Source of the DNA: an uncultured archaeon
Lineage (GTDB): Archaea; Asgardarchaeota; Hermodarchaeia; Hermodarchaeales; Hermodarchaeaceae
Reading direction: 5' to 3'
Assembly: GCA_964347045.1 (NCBI GenBank)
Contig: CAYFXC010000005.1
Location: 1-27,216, forward strand
Length of the DNA: 27,216 nt
Each line of letters begins with the position of its first letter. Within the stretch, counting starts at the first letter, position 1. Below are positions 17,825 to 27,191 of this stretch, piece after piece. Under the pieces are notes generated by a model. That model was not told where the DNA came from. It made no database searches and saw nothing but the letters and a program-made list of their open reading frames with translations. The translations under genes and the position numbers were made by a program.

Positions 17825-18644
17825 TTAGACTTCTTTGTCAAAGCTTCCGAAGCGATATCCATTCAAATCTACAATAACAAATTCATAGTCTAAGCTAGTT
17901 AGCTGATTGACAATTCGAGAAGACACTTCTGCTTGAAGTATCATTGACACTTTTTCGAGAGCGACCTCGATCCGTGCTAGAGGACCATGATCCCGAACCC
18001 GTAAAATACCTATCCTGTTATCTCTTTAACATCTTTTTCAGCTGCCGCAATTCGTGTAAGACGTTCTATTGTAAGTTGTTCACCATATGGAATTCGAGTG
18101 GTCAGACAACTATTCGATGGTTTATCTGCAACAGGAAGCTTTAGGTCATGGGCAATCATTCGTGCTTCCTCTTTGGTGATGCCTGCGTCGAGAAGTGGAG
18201 AAACGATGCCTGGTTCCTCAGTCGTTTGTAAACCTGGTCGATGTTCACCAATATCACTTGCTGAAGTCCCATCGACCACCACTGATAGCTGTAGTTTATT
18301 AGCCAGAACTTGTGCTTCATGAAAACGATGAAGCTTGCAATGATAACAACGATCTGAAGAATTTGGGATAATCGAGGCCACATTAAGCTCATTCAGAGTT
18401 TGAATATCCTGTCGAATTCCTATTGCTTTAGCCACTGCTTTTGCATCTTCAATTTCCTCTGGAATCATGAGTGGTGAGTCAAATGTGGTTGCAACGGCTT
18501 TTTCTTGGAGGGCTTCAAAAGCAAGCGCTGCTACAACCGCGCTATCAACACCATCTGATACGGCTACCAAAAGCTACCTAATTTCTTTAGGTGATTAATA
18601 GCTTGAACGCGTTTTTCTTCCAGTAACGAAATCTTAGCTAGCAA
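17825..18644 (-). pseudogene. larE: Frameshifted LarE (PP-loop sulfur transferase of nickel-pincer cofactor synthesis)
   Basis: Three segments separated by two frameshifts. First, TTG 18644 LLAKISLLEEKRVQAINHLKKLGS. Second, after a shift at ~18571, LVAVSDGVDS...RCYHCK...DGT...HRPG...SPL...SCLTTRIPYG...EITG. Third, after a shift at ~18010, ILRVRDHGPLARIEV...DLNGYRFGSFDKEV to TAA at 17825-17827. Confidence 0.85.
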
Positions 18645-18648
18645 TATA

Positions 18649-19491
18649 CTAACCTTCCTCTGATAGTGCTTTAGCATCATTTTCCAGTTTTGGTTTTCCG
18701 AGAACTAATCGAAGAAGGTTTGGAATATCTGGTAATTCTCCCGTTCCTGCTCCATACCCGACAGCTAGTGGATAGAGTTCAGGAAATACCTGCTTTGAAA
18801 TAGGGTTCAAAGCTGCAACAAGTGAAGCTCCCGTTGGAGTTGCAAGCTCACAGAATTGAGGTCCTCCTTTGAAGAAAATTTTATGCTTTGTCAGGATGTT
18901 CATTACAGCAGGTCCGGGAGCGGCCAATCGGCCATGACCACTAGGAAAAGTTCCTCCGCCCACTGCGATGGGGAGAATATAGTATTTAGTAATTTTAGGG
19001 TCAGCAATATTGAGGTTCTCAAGGGCTATTGCGGCTCCCATCACATCAAGTACCGTGTCTACCGAACCTGCTGCATGTAAGTGGACTTTTTCAAGCGGTT
19101 GCCTGTGAACAGCGGCTTCAGCTTCAACGAGTGTTCGGATTGCACGATTCGCATAGGCTGCAGCAGGTTCTGAGAGTTTGAAATCCTTTGTCATTTTTTG
19201 AACTGCATCTATGAGGACTTTGCCTGGACGTGTTGTATACGTTTCTTCGATATCTATTTCTAGATATAATCCATTGATATGGCTTCGTGTAACAGGTTGT
19301 GGTTTGACTACTACTTTGTGGCAATTTGGTACGTAGTTAACCGATGCTTCCATTACCTCAACAACGACGTTCGAATTGGCTCCCAAGTCTAAGAGTGCAG
19401 CGACAAACATATCCCCGGCAATACCCGCGAGCTGCGGATCAATGACTAAAATCTTAGAATCCGGCACGAATGTATCCCATAGTGTTGTCAA
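18649..19491 (-). CDS. larC: LarC nickel insertase, N-terminal domain only
   Basis: AGIAGDMFVAALLDLGA, AEAAVH...VHLH, HGRLAAPGPA, ELATPTGA, GYGAG, PNLLRLVLG. It ends where the C-terminal LarC domain would begin. Confidence 0.85.
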   Translation of the reverse strand: MTTLWDTFVPDSKILVIDPQLAGIAGDMFVAALLDLGANSNVVVEVMEASVNYVPNCHKVVVKPQPVTRSHINGLYLEIDIEETYTTRPGKVLIDAVQKMTKDFKLSEPAAAYANRAIRTLVEAEAAVHRQPLEKVHLHAAGSVDTVLDVMGAAIALENLNIADPKITKYYILPIAVGGGTFPSGHGRLAAPGPAVMNILTKHKIFFKGGPQFCELATPTGASLVAALNPISKQVFPELYPLAVGYGAGTGELPDIPNLLRLVLGKPKLENDAKALSEEG

Positions 19492-19544
19492 ATCTTCAAC
19501 CTTTAATATACTTGGTTCTTCTATGAGAAACTGGTGTAGGAGTT

Positions 19545-20321
19545 ATGACAGAGCTTCGAGATATTCTACAAAAAGTAGCTCAAGGCGATTACACTATTGA
19601 GGAAGCGGAAACCAAACTTCGCATCTTCAATATCGTTGAAGTTGCCCAGTTAGCAAAGCTTGATGTGCAACGAGAAACCCGTAAAGGAATTCCTGAAGTC
19701 ATTTTTGCCAAGAATAAAACCGTCTCTGATCTTATTGAAATAATCAAGGCTGGAATAAATGCAAAACCAATTCTTATTATAAGTAAAATATCAAAAGAGC
19801 AACAAAATGCTGTTAGAAACGCAATTGGGGATGACTTTGTGTTTGATGTCTTCGGTGAGGGGGAAATTGCAGTTATTCATGGACGTAATTATCAACCACG
19901 ACAGACAGGTGGAAAAATCGGAATTATCGCCGCTGGTACTTCCGATCGACGGGTTGCAGAAGCCGCTCGTGTAATGGCTGAACAGATGGGCTGTCAGGTT
20001 TTTACCGCACACGATGTAGGAGTCGCAGGTGTTCATCGGTTGTTCCCTGAACTTGAAGAGATGGTGGAACAGGGGATAGACATTCTGATCATCGCCGCTG
20101 GAATGGAAGGCGCTCTTCCATCTTTAGTAACCGGCCTCGTTGATCTTCCTGTCATCGGTCTTCCTATCTCAACTGGGTATGGATTAGGTGGCGAAGGGCT
20201 TGGTGCACTCATTTCTATGCTTCAATCATGTTCGCTCGGGTTGGCTGTAGTGAATATTGATAATGGAATAGGTGCAGGAGCCATAGCAGCTTTGATTGCA
20301 AACAAAATTGCACGAAAATAA
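19545..20321 (+). CDS. larB: LarB (PurE-like carboxylase/hydrolase of nickel-pincer cofactor synthesis)
   Basis: AKLDVQRETRKGIPEVIFAKNK, AGTSD, DVGVAGVHRL, AGMEGALPS, PISTGYG, MLQSCS.GLAVVNIDNG.GA. Confidence 0.92.
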   Translation: MTELRDILQKVAQGDYTIEEAETKLRIFNIVEVAQLAKLDVQRETRKGIPEVIFAKNKTVSDLIEIIKAGINAKPILIISKISKEQQNAVRNAIGDDFVFDVFGEGEIAVIHGRNYQPRQTGGKIGIIAAGTSDRRVAEAARVMAEQMGCQVFTAHDVGVAGVHRLFPELEEMVEQGIDILIIAAGMEGALPSLVTGLVDLPVIGLPISTGYGLGGEGLGALISMLQSCSLGLAVVNIDNGIGAGAIAALIANKIARK

Positions 20322-20510
20322 TTCAACTGAATATTTACAGAAAATCGCAATATTGGCTCCTGAAGAGATGAAGGCTGAACAGACTTTAAGAAGACCCAAT
20401 CGGCATTTAGATGTACTCATCGTTCCGGCTAGCCTTATCATTGAGAATGGATGAGACAATAAACCAGCGGGAAAATAAAGGTAGCCAGAAGTATCGTCGG
20501 GGTCAAAAAT

Positions 20511-21098
20511 ATGCAACCAAGCCCAGTTGGGTGGGTTTCAACAGGGGATGCAAGTCTACCTCGGAAAGCAGTTTTGAAAATGATAATCGTGGGGGATGGT
20601 GGTGTCGGAAAAACCACCCTCATTCATCGATACTTAACAGGTAACTATCTAGACCAACGTATGACAGTCGGTTCAGGATTCGCCACACGAGATCTTGAAA
20701 TGGATGGTGTGATTATCACACTGACGATTTGGGATTTTGCTGGAGAAGAGCGGTTCCGTTTTCTTTTGCCGAGCTATTGTCGGGGCTCGCTTGGTTGTAT
20801 ACTTGCATTTGATTTAACTCGTCCACCAACATTCTACCATCTTGATGAATGGCTTAATTTAGTTCGAAAAAATACTAGCAACATTCCCATTCTTCTTATA
20901 GGTACTAAAAGGGACGTGGGAATGCAAAATAGTGATTTGGCAATAGACTATGCGAAAATAAACAACCTTTCAGGATACTTAGAGACGAGTTCTAAGGAAG
21001 AACTCAATGTTTCTGAAGCATTTAACACCATTACCAATCTCATGTGGACTCGAATCACAACTGCTGACCCTACTTCGCTCATCAAAATTCCTGTTTAG
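20511..21098 (+). CDS. Rab/Ras-superfamily small GTPase (Asgard-type)
   Basis: G1 GDGGVGKT, G2 MTVG, G3 WDFAGEERF, G4 GTKRD, G5 ETSSK. No C-terminal cysteines. Confidence 0.92.
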   Translation: MQPSPVGWVSTGDASLPRKAVLKMIIVGDGGVGKTTLIHRYLTGNYLDQRMTVGSGFATRDLEMDGVIITLTIWDFAGEERFRFLLPSYCRGSLGCILAFDLTRPPTFYHLDEWLNLVRKNTSNIPILLIGTKRDVGMQNSDLAIDYAKINNLSGYLETSSKEELNVSEAFNTITNLMWTRITTADPTSLIKIPV

Positions 21099-21117
21099 GA
21101 ACATCCTTGAGTAACAA

Positions 21118-21136
21118 ATTTCTCTTTTTTTTCCCC
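21118..21136 (+). terminator. Oligo-T tract, candidate archaeal intrinsic terminator
   Basis: Pyrimidine run with an 8-T tract about 25 nt after the GTPase stop. Confidence 0.45.
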
Positions 21137-21230
21137 TAAAATCTCGAATTAGAGAAATACACTTAACTTCCTCACCGAACCGTTCAAACCCCCTCTGGAG
21201 GGGAATTACACATCATCGAGATGCATATAA

Positions 21231-22592
21231 ATGAATCAAGCTGCAAAACCACCAACGAAAGAAGAACTCCTCGAGAAAGCCAAACAACCGGCTAAAGAAG
21301 CCATGAAATTGCACCCCTACTATAAGGGAAAGATCCAAACCATCTCCAAATGCATCATCCGGGGCTTCGAAGACTTTGCCATATGGTACACTCCCGGCGT
21401 CGCCGCTCCTTGCCGTGATATCCATGCTAACCCAGAAAAAGTCTGGGAACACACCAACAAAGCAAACACAATCGCCGTCGTCACTGACGGAAGTCGTGTC
21501 CTTGGTCTTGGCAATATAGGTCCAGAAGCTGCGATGCCAGTCATGGAAGGAAAGGCTCTGATTTTCAAATATTTAGGTGGGGTTGATGCCGTCCCAATCG
21601 GTTTGAATACACAAGATCCAGAGAACTTCATTCGAGCCACAAAACTCCTTGAACCTGGTTTTGGTGGAATAAACCTTGAAGACATCTCGAAACCGAAATG
21701 CTTCAACATCTTACACCGCCTCCGAACTGACATGAATATTCCAGTGTGGCATGATGATGCACAAGGTACTGCCGCCATTATTTTAGCAGGACTACTCGGG
21801 GCCCTCCGCTTTGTTGGAAAAGGATTAGATCAAGTACAAATTGGTATGCTTGGAGTGGGTGCTGCGAATACAACAACCGCTGAGATCCTAATTGAAGCGG
21901 GCGTTCCTGCAGGGAATATCATTCTTTGTGATCGTGATGGGCTCCTTTACAAAGGTCGGGAAGATATGAGGGAGATGAAAGATAGTGAACACGAAAAATA
22001 CGACTTGGCAATTTTAACAAATTCTGAACAACGCACAGGTAATTTTGGAGAAGCGCTTCGCGGCGCAGATGTTTGCATAGCAGCTTCTGCTCCTATACCC
22101 GGACTTATCAAAAAGGAATGGGTAGAGAAGATGGCATCTGACTCGATTGTGTTTGCGTGTGCAAATCCACTGCCTGAAATCTGGCCTTGGGAAGCCAAAG
22201 AAGCAGGCGCAAAGGTTGTGGGCACTGGCCGTTCTGACTTTGATAACCAAATCAATAACAGCCTAGGGTTCCCTGCGATTTTCCGTGGCGCTTTAGATGT
22301 TCGCGCTACCACAATCACCGATGAGATGTGTATAGCAGCTGCCGAAGCTCTAGCCGATATTGCAGAAGAAAAAGGGCTTCGTGAAGACTATGTGATTCCG
22401 AGTATGCAAGAATGGGAACTATACCCCCGCGAAGCTACAGCTGTAGGTATGAAAGCGATTGAACAGAAAGTTGCCCGGAAAGAATGGGAAGCTGAAGAAC
22501 TACTTAAACACGCAACAAGAATAATCAAGCAAGCCATCGATGTTACCCAATCATTAATAGATAATGGGTTCATTCCCAAGCCTCCTATTTAG
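21231..22592 (+). CDS. NAD(P)-dependent malic enzyme
   Basis: YTPGVA, AVVTDGSRVLGLGNIGPEAAMPVMEGKA, GGINLEDI, WHDDAQGT, GVGAA, ANPLPEI, TGRSDFDNQINN. Confidence 0.95.
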   Translation: MNQAAKPPTKEELLEKAKQPAKEAMKLHPYYKGKIQTISKCIIRGFEDFAIWYTPGVAAPCRDIHANPEKVWEHTNKANTIAVVTDGSRVLGLGNIGPEAAMPVMEGKALIFKYLGGVDAVPIGLNTQDPENFIRATKLLEPGFGGINLEDISKPKCFNILHRLRTDMNIPVWHDDAQGTAAIILAGLLGALRFVGKGLDQVQIGMLGVGAANTTTAEILIEAGVPAGNIILCDRDGLLYKGREDMREMKDSEHEKYDLAILTNSEQRTGNFGEALRGADVCIAASAPIPGLIKKEWVEKMASDSIVFACANPLPEIWPWEAKEAGAKVVGTGRSDFDNQINNSLGFPAIFRGALDVRATTITDEMCIAAAEALADIAEEKGLREDYVIPSMQEWELYPREATAVGMKAIEQKVARKEWEAEELLKHATRIIKQAIDVTQSLIDNGFIPKPPI

Positions 22593-22710
22593 ACATCAGA
22601 TGCCTTTGAGTCTCTTTATGGAAAGAATGAATCTGCAAAGGTAAAGCTTTAACAGCTAGACTCCGCTCTCAGGCTGTAATAGGTCGACACTTCTTCGGAG
22701 AGTTATTTGT

Positions 22711-23385
22711 GTGCCAATTCTGATATCCGATTTAGATGGAACACTTCTCGATGTCCGAGACCGGTTCATCTATGCTCAAGTCAATGCGCTCGCGGAATTT
22801 GGTTATACCGTAACAGCTGATCAAGTTTATCCATTAGTAGAATACACAGTGGACTATGACCAATTTCTTGGCGGATTGGATATTTCCTTCTCCCAAAAAG
22901 AACTCATCCAATATTTCCTTTGCGTTGAACAGGAATTCTACAAAGGATGGCAATACTCTTTCGTTGTACCAGGAGCCATTGAAGGATTAAAGCTGGTCCG
23001 TCCTAAAGTTGACGCTCTGCGACTAATAACTTCTAGGGCATGGATTAAAGAAACCCGACAAGAAGTCAAGCATTTTGGACTCGACCAAGTATTCGATCGT
23101 CTTATTTGTACTCGCGGAGATTTAGCTCAATCTGAAGGAGTAAGTGAAGTTCCATTATACCCCTTTAATGATCATAGGCAACGACTAATTCAGCTTGCAA
23201 TTTCAGACCTAGAAAATCATAACGATGTCTGGGTAATTGGTGATTCACCCAATGAAATGGAAGCGGCAAAAGGACTTAACTACACAACTGTAGGAGTCTT
23301 GACAGGTCTACACACCACAAAAGCCTTGAAACCTTTCTGTACATACATCCTTTCATCCGTTGCTGAAATTGATAGCCTTTTTTAA
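22711..23385 (+). CDS. HAD-superfamily hydrolase (paralog 1)
   Basis: Motif I DLDGTL, motif II ITSR, motif IV IGDS, GVLTG. GTG start after GGAGAG. Confidence 0.85.
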   Translation: MPILISDLDGTLLDVRDRFIYAQVNALAEFGYTVTADQVYPLVEYTVDYDQFLGGLDISFSQKELIQYFLCVEQEFYKGWQYSFVVPGAIEGLKLVRPKVDALRLITSRAWIKETRQEVKHFGLDQVFDRLICTRGDLAQSEGVSEVPLYPFNDHRQRLIQLAISDLENHNDVWVIGDSPNEMEAAKGLNYTTVGVLTGLHTTKALKPFCTYILSSVAEIDSLF

Positions 23386-23451
23386 TCAATATTCAAACCG
23401 GTAAATAGTCAAGCTTTTAACGGGACCAAACCTCCATTTCCTTAATCTAAA

Positions 23452-24129
23452 ATGAAGTTGAAGGCTTTCTTATCTGATCTTGATGGTACTCTCATTGATA
23501 CACGAGAAAGAGCAATCCAATCCCACGTTCGAGGACTAGAAACCATTGGATGCTCGGTAACGCCTGAACGAATCCGTTCCCTCTACCGGCATTCATTTGA
23601 TGCACGAGGTCTTCTTAAGAGCCTAAACATCCATCTCTCTGATCCTGATTTCATTAAATATATCCTGGGTTTTCGTAAATACTTCTTTTCCCACGCTGGA
23701 CTTTCTCAGGTCTTTTCAGGCACATTTGAAGCGTTGGAACAGATTCACCCTCTCACTGAGCATATGAGAATAATCACATCACGTCAGGATAGTCTACAAG
23801 CACAGCAAGAAATCAAGCGATTTGGTCTTCACAAATGGTTTGAGAGAATCTTCACACGAGAAGATTTAGCAAAAGCCGAAGGAAAAGACCATATCCCGCT
23901 TTTTCCATTTGTTCCACATCGACGACGAATAATCCAGTTAGCGCTTCATGATATCAAATCGAAAGGCACCGTATGGGTCGTTGGAGATTCAGCAGGAGAA
24001 CTAGAAGCTGCGAAAAATTTAGGCTGCGTAACTATAGGTGTACTTACTGGTTTCGGGACAAATGAAGACCTAGCTCCTTTTGCAAGTCATTTACTCAAAT
24101 CGTTTAAAGAAATTGTGCAACTTATCTAG
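23452..24129 (+). CDS. HAD-superfamily hydrolase (paralog 2)
   Basis: DLDGTL, ITSR, VGDS, GVLTG. Collinear with paralog 1. Confidence 0.85.
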   Translation: MKLKAFLSDLDGTLIDTRERAIQSHVRGLETIGCSVTPERIRSLYRHSFDARGLLKSLNIHLSDPDFIKYILGFRKYFFSHAGLSQVFSGTFEALEQIHPLTEHMRIITSRQDSLQAQQEIKRFGLHKWFERIFTREDLAKAEGKDHIPLFPFVPHRRRIIQLALHDIKSKGTVWVVGDSAGELEAAKNLGCVTIGVLTGFGTNEDLAPFASHLLKSFKEIVQLI

Positions 24130-24147
24130 TTAGTTCCTATAAGGTAT

Positions 24148-25623
24148 GTGAATATGTCCCCTTCTCCCCCTCGCTCAATATCGCCGGGCTGCGATTCTGA
24201 TGCCCCCCGATTTGATACACGACAATACCAAGAGCATATTCTAAAACGAATCAAGGCAAATAGGAATCGTAACCTATTGGTGGAACTCGATTGTGGACTT
24301 GGTAAACGTGTTCTAACTTACAAACTTGTGACGGAGCAATTTCCTGATACCAGATTCGTTATTACAGTTAACTCCTCGTCGTCGCTCCAAGAAACTGCTC
24401 AGTACCTCAAAGAAGAATATGGCGGAGTTGAGGGGCTTGGAGTTCTCTCACAACGTGTCCAAGGAATCAAGCGTGAACAATTCCTTCGTGAATATCGTGT
24501 TATTTTGTGTACTCCCCGTGTGCTTGCTAACATTCTCAGGAAGGGAACTCTAACATCAGCAAATTTTGAAGGGCTTCTTATCAACGAGGTCGATACCATC
24601 CTCCGACGTGTTGGGTATGATCGGGTTTTAATCCAGCCTTGGACCTATCTCCTTGAGTTCTTCAAAGATAATTGGATTATTGGCTTTAGTGGAACACTTA
24701 GAGATGACCATGTGGTGTTTGATCAAGCCCAGGTTCATATTCGTGATGAGCTTCAAACACTCGCCGAGTTTTTAACTAACGTTGAACTAATCAGCATGAA
24801 CGAGCTCATCGGTACTGATTTGGAAGAATATATTAAACCCACAATCCTCGATGTCGCCCCTGTTTCTGATTCCGTTATTCGAGCTTTTTCACTCATCCTT
24901 GACGAGCTCATCCAATCTACTCGTGAAGAAATCTTCAGAGTCGTCCGGGAAGAATCTAACGAATACATCGGGGAAATCCCTGAATCCACCCGAATGCTTC
25001 ACCTGGTTCTCCAACAACTCCCTATCTCAGAGGAGTTAGCTCAACAATATAGTAGCCTCCTCATGATGCGCAAATACCTCTACGGTATGGCATCTAAAAG
25101 TTTTCGTCGCTATCTTCATCATCCTATCATCAAATCCCAAATTGATGTCAAGCGGATGATGCAAGACTGGCCAAAAATCACACCAAAATCCTTGATTGCT
25201 CGGGAGTTGGCTCTAAATGCAAATAAAATTGTCATCTTATCATCATATCTCAATGTTGTAAGCGAAATTGAAGATTTACTCAAAGAAAATGGCATTCGCG
25301 CATTTTTACTCACAGGGCGAACACAAGACAAACAAGCTGTGTTAGCTGATTTCAAAAAAGTCAATCCTCCTGGTGCTCTCATCCTTTCCCCAGTTGGTGA
25401 ACGTGATCTTGACCTGCCTGATGCCGATTTACTCATAATCTGTGATACAGTCAATACAACCAAAACCATCTACCAGAAAATGAAACGTAGCCGGGGTGGA
25501 CGTGTCGTCTTTCTTGTCTATGCTGATACATCCGAAGTAGGAAAACTACGACGGCTCTTGGACAATATTATGAATCGATATCCTTGGTCAACACGACTTC
25601 GAGATACAAAAGCTCTGGAATAA
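24148..25623 (+). CDS. SF2 helicase-like protein (Hef/ERCC4-like) with degenerate ATPase motifs
   Basis: RQYQ (Q motif), LDCGLGKR (Walker A), CTPRVLAN (Ib), LINEVD (Walker B), FSGT (III), LLTG, SPVGERDLDLP (V), YQKMKRSRG (VI). Start is GTG 24148 or ATG 24154. Confidence 0.78.
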   Translation: MNMSPSPPRSISPGCDSDAPRFDTRQYQEHILKRIKANRNRNLLVELDCGLGKRVLTYKLVTEQFPDTRFVITVNSSSSLQETAQYLKEEYGGVEGLGVLSQRVQGIKREQFLREYRVILCTPRVLANILRKGTLTSANFEGLLINEVDTILRRVGYDRVLIQPWTYLLEFFKDNWIIGFSGTLRDDHVVFDQAQVHIRDELQTLAEFLTNVELISMNELIGTDLEEYIKPTILDVAPVSDSVIRAFSLILDELIQSTREEIFRVVREESNEYIGEIPESTRMLHLVLQQLPISEELAQQYSSLLMMRKYLYGMASKSFRRYLHHPIIKSQIDVKRMMQDWPKITPKSLIARELALNANKIVILSSYLNVVSEIEDLLKENGIRAFLLTGRTQDKQAVLADFKKVNPPGALILSPVGERDLDLPDADLLIICDTVNTTKTIYQKMKRSRGGRVVFLVYADTSEVGKLRRLLDNIMNRYPWSTRLRDTKALE

Positions 25624-25762
25624 CTAGGGTAGCTTTCTATACCACACAATCTGGTTTCGTGGATTTTATGGCAATCATTCATACCTGCATGAATAATCAA
25701 AATATTTGCGCGTATCACTCAAACTTAACTACTTGCACTACTGCATCAATGGTTAGATTACG

Positions 25763-26353
25763 ATGCCCATACAACCTGTTTACCCTGTCTATATATTTGA
25801 GAGAACCTGTAAAGACATTTTTAATTATTGTGTGGAGAAAGCCACAGGAGATTCACCCCGTGAAGCACTAGGTGTAATTCTTGGATTTCGCCGATCATGG
25901 CAGGGAGAAAACTACATTCGAGTCACTGATTGGGCGACAGGACGTGTGGAAGCGACCATTGCACATGCCCGGTTCACTCCTGAAGGTATTCTTGAATATC
26001 GCCTTGCACTCCATGATCGATACGGTACCAATCCTCATTCACCCCGCATCGTAGGTCTCTGGCATTCTCATCCCTTTGGAGGAGATCCACACTTTTCATC
26101 GACGGATTTGCGTACGTTTTTTAATACACCCTATTGTGCTGAAGGAAACGTGTTTTTTCTTATTGACCCACTAAGCCGCATTTTCAAAGTCTACATGCTG
26201 CGTCCTCGTTCTGATGAATCAGGTCTTCAACTTGAACAGGTAGATTGGTGTACCTATCGTCCATCTGTACCTTTTGGTGATGTTCCACCTTTGGACGAAG
26301 TGGAAGTTTATGAAGAGGATGAAACTTACAATGACGAAGCCCACCCCACTTGA
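25763..26353 (+). CDS. JAMM/MPN+ metalloprotease (Rpn11-like)
   Basis: EALGVILG, VGLWHSHPFGGDPHFSSTD (HxH...SxxD), LIDP, acidic tail. Confidence 0.88.
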   Translation: MPIQPVYPVYIFERTCKDIFNYCVEKATGDSPREALGVILGFRRSWQGENYIRVTDWATGRVEATIAHARFTPEGILEYRLALHDRYGTNPHSPRIVGLWHSHPFGGDPHFSSTDLRTFFNTPYCAEGNVFFLIDPLSRIFKVYMLRPRSDESGLQLEQVDWCTYRPSVPFGDVPPLDEVEVYEEDETYNDEAHPT

Positions 26354-27191
26354 TCTTCATTTTTTTGAAAAAGATCATCATGATCGAACTAGGCGCTGGT
26401 TAGGTGCAAACAATCTCGAAACTATTCGTCAGTCAACAATACTAATGGTTGGTGCGGGGGCGGTGGGCAATGAAGTGTGTAAGAATCTTGGGTTACTTGG
26501 CGTTGGGAAAATACTACTTGTCGACCCTGATAGAGTTGCCAAATCGAATTTAAATCGGTGTGTGTTCTTCCGCCCTGAAGACCATTATATCAAATATAAA
26601 GTCGATGCGATCGGAGAACGACTCCCCGAACTAGCCACTGATACTGTTGTGGAGCCTTATCCTGTGACCATTCAACAAGCTCCAGATTCTATCTGGAATG
26701 TGGATCTTGTTCTTGTTGGCGTCGATAATCACTATGCACGATACTTGTTGAATGCAAAAAACCTGGGTTTAGATGCTCCGCGACCAATTATTAATGGGGC
26801 TATGGGTAAAGATTTTGTGTCTGTTGAAGTGCTCGCACCTCCCCAAACTGCCTGTATGGTATGTTCATGGAGTAAAGATTTCTTGGATGGAGTCATTGCT
26901 GGTGAGGTTCGAACGCGTTGTGATCCTTTCTTTGTCAATACCCTTCCACGCTTTCCTATGATTAGCTTCGTGACCTCAGTCGTCGGGGCTGTCATAGCCT
27001 GGGAAGCTACTCGTGTTCTCGTCGGATTAAAACAATGGCGGAAAACAGGGCAATGGCAGAAAGGATTGGAACCTGCTCTTGGCCGGTTCATTCATTACGA
27101 TTTACAACGCCATGAAACGATGACAGGAGCTATAATGCCAAATCCTCGATGTGGTGAAGCTTTCTGTCGTGACAAACGGAAACATCGCTAG
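26319..27191 (+). CDS. E1-like ubiquitin/Ubl-activating enzyme (ThiF/MoeB/E1 family)
   Basis: GAGAVGNEVCKNL, DPDRVAKSNLNR, GVDNHYAR, TACMVC and PNPRCGEAFC Zn ligands, candidate catalytic Cys in RTRCDP. Start is ATG 26319 or 26331, overlapping the 3' end of the JAMM gene. Confidence 0.88.
   Translation: MKLTMTKPTPLDLHFFEKDHHDRTRRWLGANNLETIRQSTILMVGAGAVGNEVCKNLGLLGVGKILLVDPDRVAKSNLNRCVFFRPEDHYIKYKVDAIGERLPELATDTVVEPYPVTIQQAPDSIWNVDLVLVGVDNHYARYLLNAKNLGLDAPRPIINGAMGKDFVSVEVLAPPQTACMVCSWSKDFLDGVIAGEVRTRCDPFFVNTLPRFPMISFVTSVVGAVIAWEATRVLVGLKQWRKTGQWQKGLEPALGRFIHYDLQRHETMTGAIMPNPRCGEAFCRDKRKHR

Noticed and set aside
18008-18014. Pyrrolysine/stop read-through of the TAG ending the larE fragment
   Set aside because: The LarE homology continues in a different frame, so this is a frameshift rather than an in-frame amber codon.
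21190-21203. Small GC hairpin CCCCT-CTGG-AGGGG upstream of the malic enzyme gene
   Set aside because: Too short to support an ncRNA or riboswitch call, and no U-tract follows.
699-27091. Numerous short antisense or alternate-frame ORFs in the track (e.g. 5251..5601, 7553..7963, 8399..8827, 21320..21778, 25584..25871, 26732..27091)
   Set aside because: They lie wholly or largely within well-supported genes and have no motifs; they are shadow ORFs.
24148-27191. Known bacterial antiphage systems with E1/JAB (CBASS type II, Bil)
   Set aside because: No CD-NTase, E2 or Ubl gene is visible, and there is no defence-island context. The evidence is insufficient within this window.
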